A stretch of DNA of 64,000 bases from an uncultured archaeon (GTDB taxonomy: Archaea; Asgardarchaeota; Thorarchaeia; Thorarchaeales; Thorarchaeaceae), in assembly GCA_964458565.1 (NCBI GenBank), contig CAYWJO010000003.1, forward strand, positions 64,001 to 128,000, in the 5' to 3' direction. The notes below the pieces were generated by a model. That model was not told the origin of the DNA, did no database searches, and worked only from the letters and a program-made list of their open reading frames with translations. The position numbers and the translations under genes were made by a program. Positions 26,268 through 38,700 of the stretch are shown in pieces (the first letter of the stretch is position 1; every line of letters begins with the position of its first letter).

Positions 26268-28277
26268 CTATTGTCGAACACGGCGCCAGAAAATAAAGGT
26301 GCCAATACTCACAGGTACTAACGAAACCAGAACCAGAACTAGTAGTGTATTGACTCTTGGATTATGATCAAATCCATCGATTTCGAAATCAATGTCAGAA
26401 TCCGCAACTAGAGGGTCTAACCCTTCCTGTAATTCGATAAGGTCTCTTAATCCATCTTGATCCGTATCATCGTTCAACGCATTCATTCCGAGCTGGTACT
26501 CCATAAAATCTGGCACACCATCATAATCTCCATCAACAGACCGTGGATCCGAACCATACAGATATTCCTGGATGTTTGTCAGATTGTCACCATCAAGATC
26601 AAGTGCTGAATCATTCAGTAGAGGATTTGTCTGGAATACCACTTCCCACTCATCTAGCATAGAATCCATATCTGTATCATTCAATCCTGGGTGAGTTCCA
26701 ATCCGAATCTCTCGCTGGTTCAGGAGACCATCTGCATCTTTGTCCTCTCGAGCATCACGACGAAGGGGTTCAAGCCCATAGAGGACTTCATTGTTATCGC
26801 TCATACCATCTCGATCGGTGTCAGGATGAAACATGTCAGTATCATAAGCGAGTTCATCCATATCGCTCAAACCGTCATGATCCCAGTCAAGAGGAGGGTC
26901 AGGATCAGGCCAATGATATTGCTCAGAGTCGGATATTCCATTTCCATCAAGATCAGATTCGTAGAAGACATTAAGTCTAAGTTGTACAGCATCATTACCC
27001 TGATTGATCACTTTAATCAGAAGAGGACCTAGTGTTACGTTGATTGAGCTACCAAGTGTGAAGTTTATGTCCGTGATCAATGTTGAGTTAAGAATCATGG
27101 TTCCGGATTGGGAAATCTGTACATACACACTCTGGTTATCTGAAACAATTCCCTCTAATCTCAACCGCTGGGGAATCGATGTTACCATACGGAGAATCTC
27201 AACATCTCCAGCGTCCATATCATAATACATCTTTTGTCGAGAGATTTCACCATTACCTTTCATACCCAGATAAACTGCAGTTGCAGCAGCTGCCTTTGCA
27301 GCGATGATAGCTTGAGTATAGTTATAGTTGGGGGTACCAAATGAATCTACGACCGTGAAATCTTCATCACGTATCTGTCCCTCATGTATATACAACGCAG
27401 GATATCCAGAGTCCCAGAACTTCCAATGATCAGATTGTGAGAACTCGTTTTGAACTGCAGTAGCTATATTCAGACCGGATTTTTTCATAAAAGATACAAA
27501 GATGTCAGCGATGTATTTTGTCTCATAGTAACCATGTGTGGCAAGGTTTCGATAATCTACATGAATTCTATCCTCTTCGTTCTGTAGCGGATCTCTAAAC
27601 AACATCTCAGCAAAATTAAAGGACGCAATAACGTCTATCTGCTCCTCCTGAAAATAAGTCGTGATTTCTTCTGCACCCCATAATCCTCGGATGATATTAT
27701 TGAAGTCGGCACCTTCTATAACCCAGCTACCTTGATAGAAACAATAGTAGACATCAACAGGTAATCTGAATTGTGAGATTGAAGATGCTATTGCTGTCAC
27801 AACACTGCATCCAATCGCATTCCGATTGATTTGAGGACCACCTGACTGCTGTGTATCTATATGAGCTCCAAAGACAATGGCTCTGCTATCATTAGCATAA
27901 CCAGGTTGAAATGCAACAACAGATTCGTAATTACCAAAGTAAGATACTATCAGACCCATTCCTTGTAAGCGGTCAATAAGATATTCACTAGATTCATAAA
28001 AATCAGAAGATAGACCATAACGATTAGGATAGGCTGCAACTGCCACAAGGGGATCAAATATATCACCATATTCGATGAAGTCCCAAGCCATATCCCACCA
28101 ATTGAGATTATTAAGATCAGAATAGTTCACAGTTCGCTCATTTTCATTTTCACTGTCTTTATCGAGGTCATCAGATAGTAGATTTGGATAGAATACCCAG
28201 AATGTTGCTGTAGACACTATAACAACGATTGCGACGATGGAAAACAATCTTCGACGGTTCAATATACTAGACCTCAA
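26268..28277 (-). CDS. Paralogous surface protein: degenerate M28-like domain plus TSP3-like repeats
   Basis: AIVFGAHID, QSDHW; colinear with 24164-26146. Confidence 0.75.
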   Translation of the reverse strand: MRSSILNRRRLFSIVAIVVIVSTATFWVFYPNLLSDDLDKDSENENERTVNYSDLNNLNWWDMAWDFIEYGDIFDPLVAVAAYPNRYGLSSDFYESSEYLIDRLQGMGLIVSYFGNYESVVAFQPGYANDSRAIVFGAHIDTQQSGGPQINRNAIGCSVVTAIASSISQFRLPVDVYYCFYQGSWVIEGADFNNIIRGLWGAEEITTYFQEEQIDVIASFNFAEMLFRDPLQNEEDRIHVDYRNLATHGYYETKYIADIFVSFMKKSGLNIATAVQNEFSQSDHWKFWDSGYPALYIHEGQIRDEDFTVVDSFGTPNYNYTQAIIAAKAAAATAVYLGMKGNGEISRQKMYYDMDAGDVEILRMVTSIPQRLRLEGIVSDNQSVYVQISQSGTMILNSTLITDINFTLGSSINVTLGPLLIKVINQGNDAVQLRLNVFYESDLDGNGISDSEQYHWPDPDPPLDWDHDGLSDMDELAYDTDMFHPDTDRDGMSDNNEVLYGLEPLRRDAREDKDADGLLNQREIRIGTHPGLNDTDMDSMLDEWEVVFQTNPLLNDSALDLDGDNLTNIQEYLYGSDPRSVDGDYDGVPDFMEYQLGMNALNDDTDQDGLRDLIELQEGLDPLVADSDIDFEIDGFDHNPRVNTLLVLVLVSLVPVSIGTFIFWRRVRQ
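26451..26906. repeat. 456-bp direct repeat, copy 2
   Basis: Matches 24344-24799. Confidence 0.9.
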
Positions 28278-28457
28278 CTTTCAGTGGAAATGAATCAGAT
28301 TGGTCAGGAATTGCATAAATATGAGCTGAACAGCGTAACATTACAAAATCACTAATTCTAGGAATGTGAAAAAAAGTGCGACTTGGCCAAGTTAATAAAG
28401 AATAATGCAAGTTGAATAATATTCTACGACAATGCACCTGAACACGGAGTGAAACCA

Positions 28458-29570
28458 ATGCTAGAAGACAAATGTGTACGATGTGGATCTTGTGTGAAAT
28501 TTTGCCCGATGTTCGATGCGATCGGAGAGGAGCAATATTCGCCGAGAGGAAAAATATACCTTCTTCAAGTGATGGATTTAATTGAGGACGACGAGGAATT
28601 GGCTAAGGAATTCAGGAAAGTTCTCTTTGAATGTACCATGTGTGGTCGATGCTCAGAGATTTGCGCATCTGATGTGGATTTATTGAGGATTTGGCATGAA
28701 CAGAGATTGAAGGCATTTGAAACCGCTCCGGATGAATTTGAATACCTTGAATCATTAAGAAATTCTATTGCCAATGTTAGAAACATCTATGGACTTCCTA
28801 TGGATGATAGGGCAATATATTGGGCGGATGAGATCGAGCAGGATATTCCAGAAATTGAAGATAAAATATACGAGAGAGGGAAGACCGCAGATGTTGCAGT
28901 CTTTCTCGGTTGCTTAATGTCTTTCAGAAGCACTCAGATTGATGTAGTAAGGACAATGATTCAGGGATTAGAGAGGGCAGGAATCAATTATCTTGTCATG
29001 GGAGCTGAAGAATTCTGCTGTGGGCATCCATTAGATCTTATGGGAGATGAGAAAGGGGCTGAGGAACTTAGAGAACATAACAAGGGAATCCTGAAGGATA
29101 TGGGTGCGAAGAAGGTTGTTACGGCATGCCCGGGATGTCTATATCAATTGAAGAACAATCACAAAGTTGAAGGCATTGAAGCCCTCCATCATACTCAACT
29201 ATTTGATCGTCATTATGAGAGCCTACCTACTCTTACATTATCAGATGATTTCGTGTATCATGATCCGTGCGAACTTCATCGATTATGTGACGTCAAAGTC
29301 GAACCTCGTTCTCTACTAGCAAAAATGGGAGTTAATTATAGAGACCTAGAAGTTAGTTGTTGTGGAGGTGGTGGACTTCTTCGAATGACAGACCCAGAAG
29401 TCAGTGACAAGATAATTGAACTTCGCAAACAAAAGGAAAGGCTTGCAAATACAACTGTGATAACTGCATGTCCAGCTTGCAGAGAACAACTCCTCAATGC
29501 AGAGATTGCCACTGTCGACATCTCAGAACTCCTAGAGTACAATCTTCGAACTGAGGAGGAAAATACATGA
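28458..29570 (+). CDS. Fe-S oxidoreductase, GlpC/GlcF/HdrD-like, with two ferredoxin motifs and CCG domains
   Basis: CVRCGSCVKFCP, CTMCGRCSEIC, CCG, TACPGC, YHDPC, CCGGGG. Confidence 0.9.
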   Translation: MLEDKCVRCGSCVKFCPMFDAIGEEQYSPRGKIYLLQVMDLIEDDEELAKEFRKVLFECTMCGRCSEICASDVDLLRIWHEQRLKAFETAPDEFEYLESLRNSIANVRNIYGLPMDDRAIYWADEIEQDIPEIEDKIYERGKTADVAVFLGCLMSFRSTQIDVVRTMIQGLERAGINYLVMGAEEFCCGHPLDLMGDEKGAEELREHNKGILKDMGAKKVVTACPGCLYQLKNNHKVEGIEALHHTQLFDRHYESLPTLTLSDDFVYHDPCELHRLCDVKVEPRSLLAKMGVNYRDLEVSCCGGGGLLRMTDPEVSDKIIELRKQKERLANTTVITACPACREQLLNAEIATVDISELLEYNLRTEEENT

Positions 29571-30907
29571 AACTGAAAGACATAGCAGCAGCTGCTAATG
29601 CCTCGATGTATCATAGACCGGACTTCAAGAAAATTAAGGGAGCATTTTATCCTCGAAATGAAGATGAACTAGCTGAGGCTGTAAAAAGAGCTAGAGAGGG
29701 GGGGTATGAAATCACACCAAAGGGTGGAGGCTCAGGACTAAGCGCAGGATGTACTGGAGGCAATGCAGAACGGGTAATTGTGAGTAGTCTAAAAATGGAC
29801 AAAGTATTATCAATCTCATTGGAAGAAGGTCATGCTGATGTCCAAGCGGGAATTACACCAGTTCAGTTAAACGATATACTCGCAACCATGAGTATGAAAT
29901 TTCTAGTAACACCAAGTAGCAGAGATATCGCTACTATCGGTGGACTTATGGGAACTGATGGAGGTGGGAACGATACATGGGCAAATGGGACAATGCGGGA
30001 TAATACCCTTCATGCAAAGGTAATTCTATACGATGGTACAAAGTTGAAAGTCGGATGGGATGGAGTCGAGTGTGAAAATGAAGTCCTTGAAGCGGCATTG
30101 AACAAGAAGGGGATGAACCTTAATGACTTAGCAAGTTCGCATGGAACAATAGGTTTTGTTTCAGAGCTCAGGGTCAAGATTAAGCCACTTCCAAGGAAGA
30201 GACTCTTGGGGGGATTAGCAGAATATGAGAATGCTAATGTCCTTGGAGAGGTATTGACTACGATGATAGAAGAGAAATGTCCTATCACTTATGGTGAGGC
30301 GATTGTCGAAGCACATCCTGATGTGAGGGGTGATCTCAAACCACCACTACTAATTCTGGAATTTCCGTTCGACTATTCGTGTGATTTGAGAGAAATCACT
30401 CATTTTGAACCATTGACAAAGACAGAACTTAATCGAATGAAGGAGATACGACTCAAACTTCCAAAGCGGAATCCGAAGGATGGAGTTCAAGTGGCTCTCT
30501 TTGAAGGGTATGGATTCCATGGAGAAAATTTATTGAATATGCAAGAAGGGATCTCAGAGATAAATTCACTATTGCAGCAACATGATTTTGTACCCTTCGC
30601 AAAGTCAGGTCATGCCCCTAGCAAATGGTACTTGGGAGATAATCATCCTGCATATGGAATAGTCATGCACTCCAGAGAGATCCGTCCGCAGAACAAATCG
30701 GGAGTGGAAATTTACAAAACTGTTGAAGCATTAGTCGCAAAATGTCAAGAGCTCGGTATCACTCCTAAACCTGAACACAAATGGCCTTTTGCGGATGAGG
30801 TCAAGAAGGCAAGGCTACAAGAACTTCGTATGATTCTAGGTGAAAGAATGAACTCATTTATTTTTGAACCCAATTGTGCTTCGGAAACCCTTGCATCCAT
30901 GGTTTAG
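29567..30907 (+). CDS. FAD-binding oxidoreductase, GlcD/D-lactate dehydrogenase-like
   Basis: PKGGGSGLSAG, VQAGI, ATIGG, SHGTIGFVSE, PEH; ATGA overlap with the Fe-S subunit. Confidence 0.8.
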   Translation: MKLKDIAAAANASMYHRPDFKKIKGAFYPRNEDELAEAVKRAREGGYEITPKGGGSGLSAGCTGGNAERVIVSSLKMDKVLSISLEEGHADVQAGITPVQLNDILATMSMKFLVTPSSRDIATIGGLMGTDGGGNDTWANGTMRDNTLHAKVILYDGTKLKVGWDGVECENEVLEAALNKKGMNLNDLASSHGTIGFVSELRVKIKPLPRKRLLGGLAEYENANVLGEVLTTMIEEKCPITYGEAIVEAHPDVRGDLKPPLLILEFPFDYSCDLREITHFEPLTKTELNRMKEIRLKLPKRNPKDGVQVALFEGYGFHGENLLNMQEGISEINSLLQQHDFVPFAKSGHAPSKWYLGDNHPAYGIVMHSREIRPQNKSGVEIYKTVEALVAKCQELGITPKPEHKWPFADEVKKARLQELRMILGERMNSFIFEPNCASETLASMV

Positions 30908-30927
30908 TGTGCAAGCATGGTTGTGTT

Positions 30928-31482
30928 TCAATAATAAGTCCGTTTTGGCTTGGATAAGTTATGTTTCCGGACCTTTCTCCCAAAGATAAGTCCTGCAGTA
31001 GTAGCAATCAAGCCTCCCAATACGCCAGGGATAATTATTGGTAGAGTATCTGGACCGACACCACCCGCCATACTTGCACCAACAAACGCAATAACAATCG
31101 CAAGCGGACCTAGAAGGCCGCAATAGCAAGCAGCTTCATATTCCCCGGTTTTTTGAGAATATATGTCATGCCCATATGCATCCTTTGCATAGATTGGAAC
31201 CATGGTTCCTCTGTAAGCAAATATCGCTGCAGCTATAAAGAAGACTCCGAATACACCACCAATTAAAGCGAGAATGCTGTTTTGATAGAACATGAGAGAT
31301 ATGCCAACTTCAGCGAAGCCAATTATTCCCGCTATCCCAAATAAATTTCCAGCAGTTCGAGATGTTACACCCAATACTAATGCCTCCTTAATTACGAATA
31401 GCAATTGTGTCAGTAGCAGAGCCTTGATATCTACTTTATCATTTTTATTTTGTGTGAAGATTGGAAGAATACTTTCAGTCAT
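30928..31482 (-). CDS. Membrane protein, function unknown
   Basis: About 5 hydrophobic segments. Confidence 0.6.
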   Translation of the reverse strand: MTESILPIFTQNKNDKVDIKALLLTQLLFVIKEALVLGVTSRTAGNLFGIAGIIGFAEVGISLMFYQNSILALIGGVFGVFFIAAAIFAYRGTMVPIYAKDAYGHDIYSQKTGEYEAACYCGLLGPLAIVIAFVGASMAGGVGPDTLPIIIPGVLGGLIATTAGLIFGRKVRKHNLSKPKRTYY

Positions 31483-31524
31483 CCCTCTCTGTAGGTGCTT
31501 AAATACCCTTTACGAGACAAAAAG

Positions 31525-32670
31525 ATGATAGAAATGGTTAAGCCGCACCGCAGTCCGAAAGGACTCTTTGACCCTTACTATGTACCAGAGAATATCCTAC
31601 ACAGGGATAGAGAACTCGATCAGATTGAAGGAGTCTATTCTGACTCTTATGAGAGCGAATACGGTGTGAACTGTCTTGTTCACGGAATATCTGGAGTGGG
31701 GGCTACTGTGTTTTCAAGGTATTTTCTGACAAAGATAGTACCTCAGCAATTTGAAGCTCATACAATCTATGTGGACGCAAAGAGAAAAAGTCCTACTGAG
31801 ATTGTGAGCGAGCTGAATGATAAGATTCACAGGTTGGCAAACAGACCTATTACCGTAGCATTCGATCTTGATGTTCTTTGGATGCAATTCAAGAGAACCG
31901 CCAGTGATACTTCCAAGAGGACTGTATTTGTTCTTGATAATGTTAATGAGAACAACGAGGAAATCTACACGAAGGTAGCACAACTCTCTAAGGAGATCAA
32001 AGCCAGCACAATCGGTGTGCTGAATAGTCACGATTACAGAATGCTGACGAAGGGCATGGCTACACAGATGGCATATGACTTTGAAATTCCACTTGACACA
32101 TACACTCAATCCCAGCTTTATGAGATTATTAGAATGCGCGTAGAAGATACCTTTCCTTTGGGACTTACTGATGAGGTCATACGATACATCACAGATATCG
32201 TGCTTGAGTTTGATGCAGGAAAACCAAAGACCTCAATTGAAGCATTGAAAGCTCTCTGGCCTTTAGCACAGAAAGGAAAAGAGATTGACTCGGATATTGT
32301 AAGAGGTGCTACATCCAAGATTACATCATTCATTCAAGATCAGGATTACATGGATATTGTTGAAACCATAAGCATGAACGACTTCATGACTCTGCTGGTT
32401 CTAGAAGCAATGAGCGAACATCTCATGCGATACAAGACAGAAACCTACATTGATAGGCAGACGTTGAATGAGCTCGTGATTATCAAGTTTGAAGAGCTTC
32501 AGGTCCGCTATTCCAATGAAGATATCGAGAGAAGCCTGCAGACTCTTATTTTTCAAAGCATTATCTTTGAATCAGGGTATTCGAGGAATCTCCTTTATGT
32601 TTTGGTACCACCTGAAATTCTTCACGATACCTCGCTCAGTTTAAGACGTGAATTAGCTCGCAGGAAGTGA
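31525..32670 (+). CDS. Cdc6/Orc1-family protein with degenerate Walker motifs
   Basis: FDPYYVPENILHRDREL; HGISGVGAT in place of GxxGTGKT; FVLDNV; YTQSQLYEIIRMRV; C-terminal winged helix. Confidence 0.8.
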   Translation: MIEMVKPHRSPKGLFDPYYVPENILHRDRELDQIEGVYSDSYESEYGVNCLVHGISGVGATVFSRYFLTKIVPQQFEAHTIYVDAKRKSPTEIVSELNDKIHRLANRPITVAFDLDVLWMQFKRTASDTSKRTVFVLDNVNENNEEIYTKVAQLSKEIKASTIGVLNSHDYRMLTKGMATQMAYDFEIPLDTYTQSQLYEIIRMRVEDTFPLGLTDEVIRYITDIVLEFDAGKPKTSIEALKALWPLAQKGKEIDSDIVRGATSKITSFIQDQDYMDIVETISMNDFMTLLVLEAMSEHLMRYKTETYIDRQTLNELVIIKFEELQVRYSNEDIERSLQTLIFQSIIFESGYSRNLLYVLVPPEILHDTSLSLRRELARRK

Positions 32671-32714
32671 TCCACTCTTTTGCGGTACAAGAATAGGGTT
32701 TTGTGTCCCCTATT

Positions 32715-35700
32715 CTATGTATCAGTTATATCTGTGTCTTCGATACCCATACTTTTCAGGAGTTCTTGAACAAGGTCTCTTGGGAGTTCACGAGCCTGCT
32801 CCATGATAGTTTCAATCTCATGTGCTGGAACTCCTCGACGAACAAGATCCATTCTGAGTTCTTCAAGCTCAAACACGCTCAATTGGTCAGAGTCAGATGG
32901 GTGTTCTAATTCCTCACGTAGTTTAACTCTTGGATCAACAGCATCTTTGGGTTTGATCATAGGAGGAGGTGTTTCATCAGCGTCGAAGACTCCGGGTTCG
33001 GATGGTTCATCGATGACAAATTCCTCGCCCTCTTCAATTGTGCGAAGTCTGCCCTGAGCTTGTTCCTCGACTTCCTTGAGGATTGTATCTAAGCCTTTTC
33101 CTTCACGTCGGGCAGCTCTTATTGCTTCCTGCTGTATAACCTCCTTAACGAAGGCAGCCTGTTCACTAATCTTCATCTTGGAGATGTCAGCCTTGAATTC
33201 ATCAAGCTCTTCTTGACTTAGATTGGTCAGTATCGATAATTGAATCAGAAGCTCACCAATCTCAGGAACCTCAACTAAAATGGATTCCCCAGGGAGTTGG
33301 TCAGGTTTTCTTGTTATTTCCAGACTTGCCATGGTATCATTGAACAAGTCAGCTACTAGCTGTTGGCGTGTCTTGGCTTCAGAAATTGGGGCTGGAACTT
33401 TACCCTTCCTCATTGTCTTAATCTGACCATTGATCTGCCGAAGACGCTTGGGAATGCTGTAAACACGCGTCCATAGTCCTACTACTACAATTAGGATGAG
33501 AAGTACAGGGAATGCAATTGGTACATATGTAGAAATCATAACATCAATCTGTGTGGGATTGGCAAAAACCTGAACTGATGGAATGGGATCAATATAATAA
33601 TTCTCAATGCTTAGAATCAGAGTCAATGACGAAGTCTGCTGACGCTTAAATATCTCCAAGAGTGGTGCTTGAGCAGTAAAGGTAACTCGATATCGTCCAG
33701 GAATTGAGAGCTCTTCAATTTCTTTAATGGCAACATACTCATTATTGCTGCTGGTAACAGTGAAGTTAGCTCCTGTAACGCCATTTCCATTATGTGTGGG
33801 CCAAGAATCAGTAAGTTGGAGGATAATGTATCCGTCCTGTCCATATTCCAATATTGCATATGAATCCACGATATCTACTGTGGTAGGAATCTTGACTATT
33901 TGAAGGTCAAATCGTATATGAGATAGACTCCGGTTCTCTAGCTTAATTGAAACATCAAGAGTGAATGTTGCATCATTCTGTGGAACCCCACCAGTACTAT
34001 TGAACAACCATGCATCTAGAGTGTTGAAAACAAATCGATAGTAGCCATCACCCACATCTACCAAAGTTATGTAAGTAATTCCAAGATAAGATCCAAAGAT
34101 GTACGTTGAATTCGTCTGAGCATCAGAAATTCCTCCGATAAATCCATCAGAGTCATCAATATCATTGTAGAAGAAGAGTATCTCAGCGGAATCGCCAATT
34201 GGTACTTCTAAGTTTAGTGGATCTCCCACATATGTTGTCGAAACATTGAGATCTGTTGGAGTTTCTTGAATTATGAGATCAATAAGTGCACTACCATCTT
34301 GGAAGTTTTCTTTCTCAAATTTTATTTCAATTGAGTATCGCCCTGGACGGAGTAGAGTTGTGTCAACATATACAAGATATGTCCCACTACCCAAATCAAG
34401 AGCCTCTGTAGCTGGTAAATTAGTGATTGTGATTGTAACCAAGGTGTTGGATTCATTGACTCCTCTATTGAAGGGAATGTCCCAATATGTGAAGTTGAAA
34501 TACCCTTTCCATCCCCAGAATTTCTCCTGGCCACTTGGACGTCTGACAGTTGTCAGAATACGCTTGACTGTAAGAGTAAGCGATGTAGCGGAGTTTCCAT
34601 AGACATCATCATCAGGATTGGCGCGTATACTTATGCTCCATATGCCAGTTCCAATTCTTGTTGTGTTGAATAGAACCGAGTAGGTTCCATTTCCAATATG
34701 AGTGAAATTACCACTATCACCAGTTTCCGACAAGTACCAATATACCCAGGCTTCTGTTATGTTTTCAGATATATCAGGAGCTGTGAGTAAAACAGTGAAG
34801 TTTACAAATTCACTGTAAACCGCACTCACATCTTGACTTGTATCACCAATAAAGGAAAGACGAGTCCTGGTTTCCTCGATGAGCACCTTAAGGAGGCTTG
34901 TTGCGGGATTATAATTTGTGAAAGTTGCTAGTATTCTAACATCATACGTATCTGGATTCTGCACTGTTGAGGACCCAGAAGGAATAGTGACATTGTATCG
35001 ACCAGGAATTCCAGTGTAGAACATATAATAGATATCGTCACCATCAAATCCAACGAATGTTACCCTCACATTTGTGACATATTCATCAAGTATAGGTATA
35101 GCATTGTCAAGGTCAATCAAGTCGATGCTAATATTCAACCCAGCACCGCGACTAATAGTTACTAGTACATCAGGAGGATCAACAAGTTCAATATCAGACG
35201 CAATAGGTTGTATAATTAATGTGATAAAAGCAATTGCAACTTGATAGCGATCCCGTCTAGCTTCGATTCTTATTAGGTATGTTCCTGAATCACCAAAACT
35301 CGCATCAATACTTGTTGAATATATACCTGTACTGAGAGGATCTGTAAGATTTCCAGATGCAAACCCAGGTACAACCCAGACTACTGTTGCGCCAGATGTT
35401 TCATTCCCATAGAGATAGCTCCAATAGGTGACCGAAAAGGATCTGGATTCCTTCCATGGAATTATGATTGTATCGATTGATGTAGTGAGGTAGGTTAAGA
35501 TTTCACGAATTGTACCGGTGAGAACCACTCGCGATAGGTTCCCATAAAATGGTTGTAATGACGGATTCCATCGAATATTCAAATCAAAGAGGTAGTCACC
35601 AGGATTCGTTAATGAGAGCGAGCTGACATTGATTGTATATCTACCCAAATCTGCACCAGATCCTTCAGTTATCCAGAAGTCACTGTTCTCTGCCAGACCA

Positions 35701-38700
35701 ACGCTTTGTGCATCAAATCCAATCAATGCCCCGGAGATAGAAGCTCCAGTATCAGCATCCTGTAGTTTGAAGACAAAAGTTAGATTCTCACCAAGTGCTC
35801 CACTCTCAATCAATTCTATCGAGTACGCCATGGACCTATAGGTGGTTGTAATTCTGATTATTGTTGAGTCATCCGTATAATATGGAGCTACTGCTTCATT
35901 CCAATCCACACTAATTGTAAGATTATATCCACTTACGAGCGATGGACTAAGTTCTGTTGAATTTATAGATAAACTATAACGACCACCTGTTAAGGGTATG
36001 AGAGTGAATGCACTACCTCCAAGAAGTGAACCATCACCCCAGACTTCAATATTTGAGGTTGTTATTGCTGTGATATATTCACCACTTCCCAAATCGGTAT
36101 AGGTAAAGATGAAAGTCACATTGTTAAGATACTTGGTTAATGATGGGGGTTCAACGACCTCAACATTAGTATCACGTGATGTAGTGATAATAGATACTTG
36201 TCTTGAAGCATCATCATGATACGGTGAGCCAAGAGTCCAATCTGCTTGAATTAATGCTGAATGTTGCCCTAAGCCACCAAGTTCCGTTGTGTTGATTGAG
36301 ACCATATAATATCCAAAACCTAGGTCGTATACAATATAATCACTTATGGCAGGTATTGTAATATCGCTTGTATCAATAGTTATCCCAGTTCCACTATCTG
36401 TATCACGGAACAAAATCGTCACGTTAGCATAGTCAAGATATCGAGTTGATTCTGGAGGTTCGATTAAGTCAAGCGAGGAAGCTCTGGTTCTGAACTCAAA
36501 TTCCACAAAAACCGCATCAGAGTCATAGAACGGTGACTGATCGGTATATACCATCCTAAGGGTAAAGCCATATACTACACCCACAGAGAATGGTTGATTA
36601 TAGGTTTCAAAATCAAAGACATAATCATTGAATGGATCTCCACGCCAATTTATTGTATAGAGGTAAGGCGCTGGACTCCATGTCGCACCGGTGATTGAGA
36701 ATTCTACATCTCCACTCACATTCCCAATTGTTGTTAGACTGAATAGGTCTCGGAAATTGAGGGTGAACTCAAGTGTTGAATTGAAAGGCGTTATCTCAAT
36801 CGGAATTGCAGATAACAAAGTCACACGATATCTCACATTGAACGATCGAGTCACAGACCGATTAAGAATGAAGAATGACCCATTCGAGAACTTGATTGTG
36901 AGATCATATATCCCAGGTTGAGAGTAGAATCTCGTATCTAGCGTAACTGTGTAATTTCCATCCATCTCATTGACAACATCGTAGAATCCAATCATGGGTG
37001 TTGAACCATTGAAGAGCTCGATTGTTGTATCCAAATAGATACCAAGAGCAGGAAGGGTGGTTACATCACTCCATGCAACTGTGAATTCCACAGTATCATT
37101 GTATTGAGTGGGATCAGGTGATAGATATTCTACACTTGTTAAACGCGCAGTGATTGTAAACAGAATTACTCGACCTGTACGATTCTTGTAAAAGGGTTCA
37201 CCAATCCAGACAATGTCAAGTGTAAATGATTTAGCTCCAAGTGGAGCACCAAACTGAGCTGTGTTAAATGAGATTGTAAATGAGCGATCAATCGTGCTGA
37301 ATATGATTTGAGGTGTTTCAGAGAGTGACGTCGTTATTGATAATGAGGAGGAATCCGAAATTGGAGTGCTGGTTCCACCAGTGACGTCTTCGAAGTAGAA
37401 TAATAAAGTAGCATTTTCACCATAGGCTGTGGGAGTTACAGGTTCAATAGAAACAAGTGTATCGCGAGCCAGCACTCTTACTGAGATGATATCAGATCTA
37501 TCTGTATAGAATGGTGCGACTCCTTCCTTCCAATTTATTGAAACATTCATGTAGATTAGCCCAACGCGACCAAATAGTGAGCTGTTGAATCCTATCGAAT
37601 AATTACCAGGTTGCCCCAAAACCTCCAGAATGTCAACTTCGGACATATCAACTACCTCACCTTGGAAAGTCACGGTAATGTATACATTCCCTCCACCACC
37701 AGCAGTAACATTATCGATACCAATATTGGATAGATCACTGTAGAAGAAAGTATAATTCATCATCTCACCAAAGGGAGTGGGTTCTGAAGATATCATAAGC
37801 GTGAGCTTGGAATCTACTCCGATGATATTGACAGAAGTCTGAAGCTGTCTGTTTTCGAATTTTTGAACAGGGCCCGTCCAATTGAAATAAACAGTAAAGG
37901 ATTGCAATCCTTGTGGAAATTGGGAGGCATCTATTTGAATCGTATAATACCCGTTGTTGTTATTGATTAATGTTGATGGAACCCAATGCGTCGTGTTCCA
38001 AATATATTGTTGAATATTGGAGTCATCTGTTATTCCGACCTTATTGTCAAAGTCATAATACCTAACTGAAATATTGACAATCCCATTGTATGGAGTGGGA
38101 GCAGGAGCGCTTTGAGAAGAAAAGATTGTGATGTGGGTTCGTATTGTCACCTCCACTTCACAGTATCCTGGTTGATATTCTGCGCCTTTGGTGAAGTTAA
38201 ACCAAATGAGGTAGGTACCCAAAGGATCAGAATCACTCGTTGTGATATTAACAAGGTAGTAAGGACTAATCCAAGTGATTTGAACTGGTAAGTTGAAAGG
38301 AGCAGGTGTTGTCCAGTTGGTATTAGTAACTGCTCCGATAATTGGTATTCCATTATCCAAATCATTGAACTCTATTTCGAAAAGGATAGTATTTCCAACA
38401 GGTATGTCAACTGATATCAACTCTGGTTCAAGGTCAGTATGGATTCTAGTCACAATTATTGCGATAGTCACAGTTCGAGCATCGTAGCCGTCAGCATCAG
38501 CTGTCAAATCTATTTGATGTATTCCAATTGTAAAGTCTACGACACCAATCTCAACTATGTAATCACCATCACTTATGTGACTATAATCAATCCACTGGTC
38601 AATAGGAGTAGGTGATATGGTGGCTGTTGTAATCCCAACGCTTCTATCAAGGTCCTGATAATGTAGTGTAATCGTCACGTTTGTTCCCGAGGGGGTGGAA

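Noticed and set aside
24344-26906. Direct repeats as a mobile element or DGR template/variable pair
   Set aside because: Both copies are in-frame coding with no adenine-specific mismatches; no reverse transcriptase or transposase is present.
28280-28294. ORB-like TTCAGTGGAAATGAA about 3 kb from the cdc6-like gene
   Set aside because: Single imperfect copy with no G-string or inverted partner, so not enough to call an origin.
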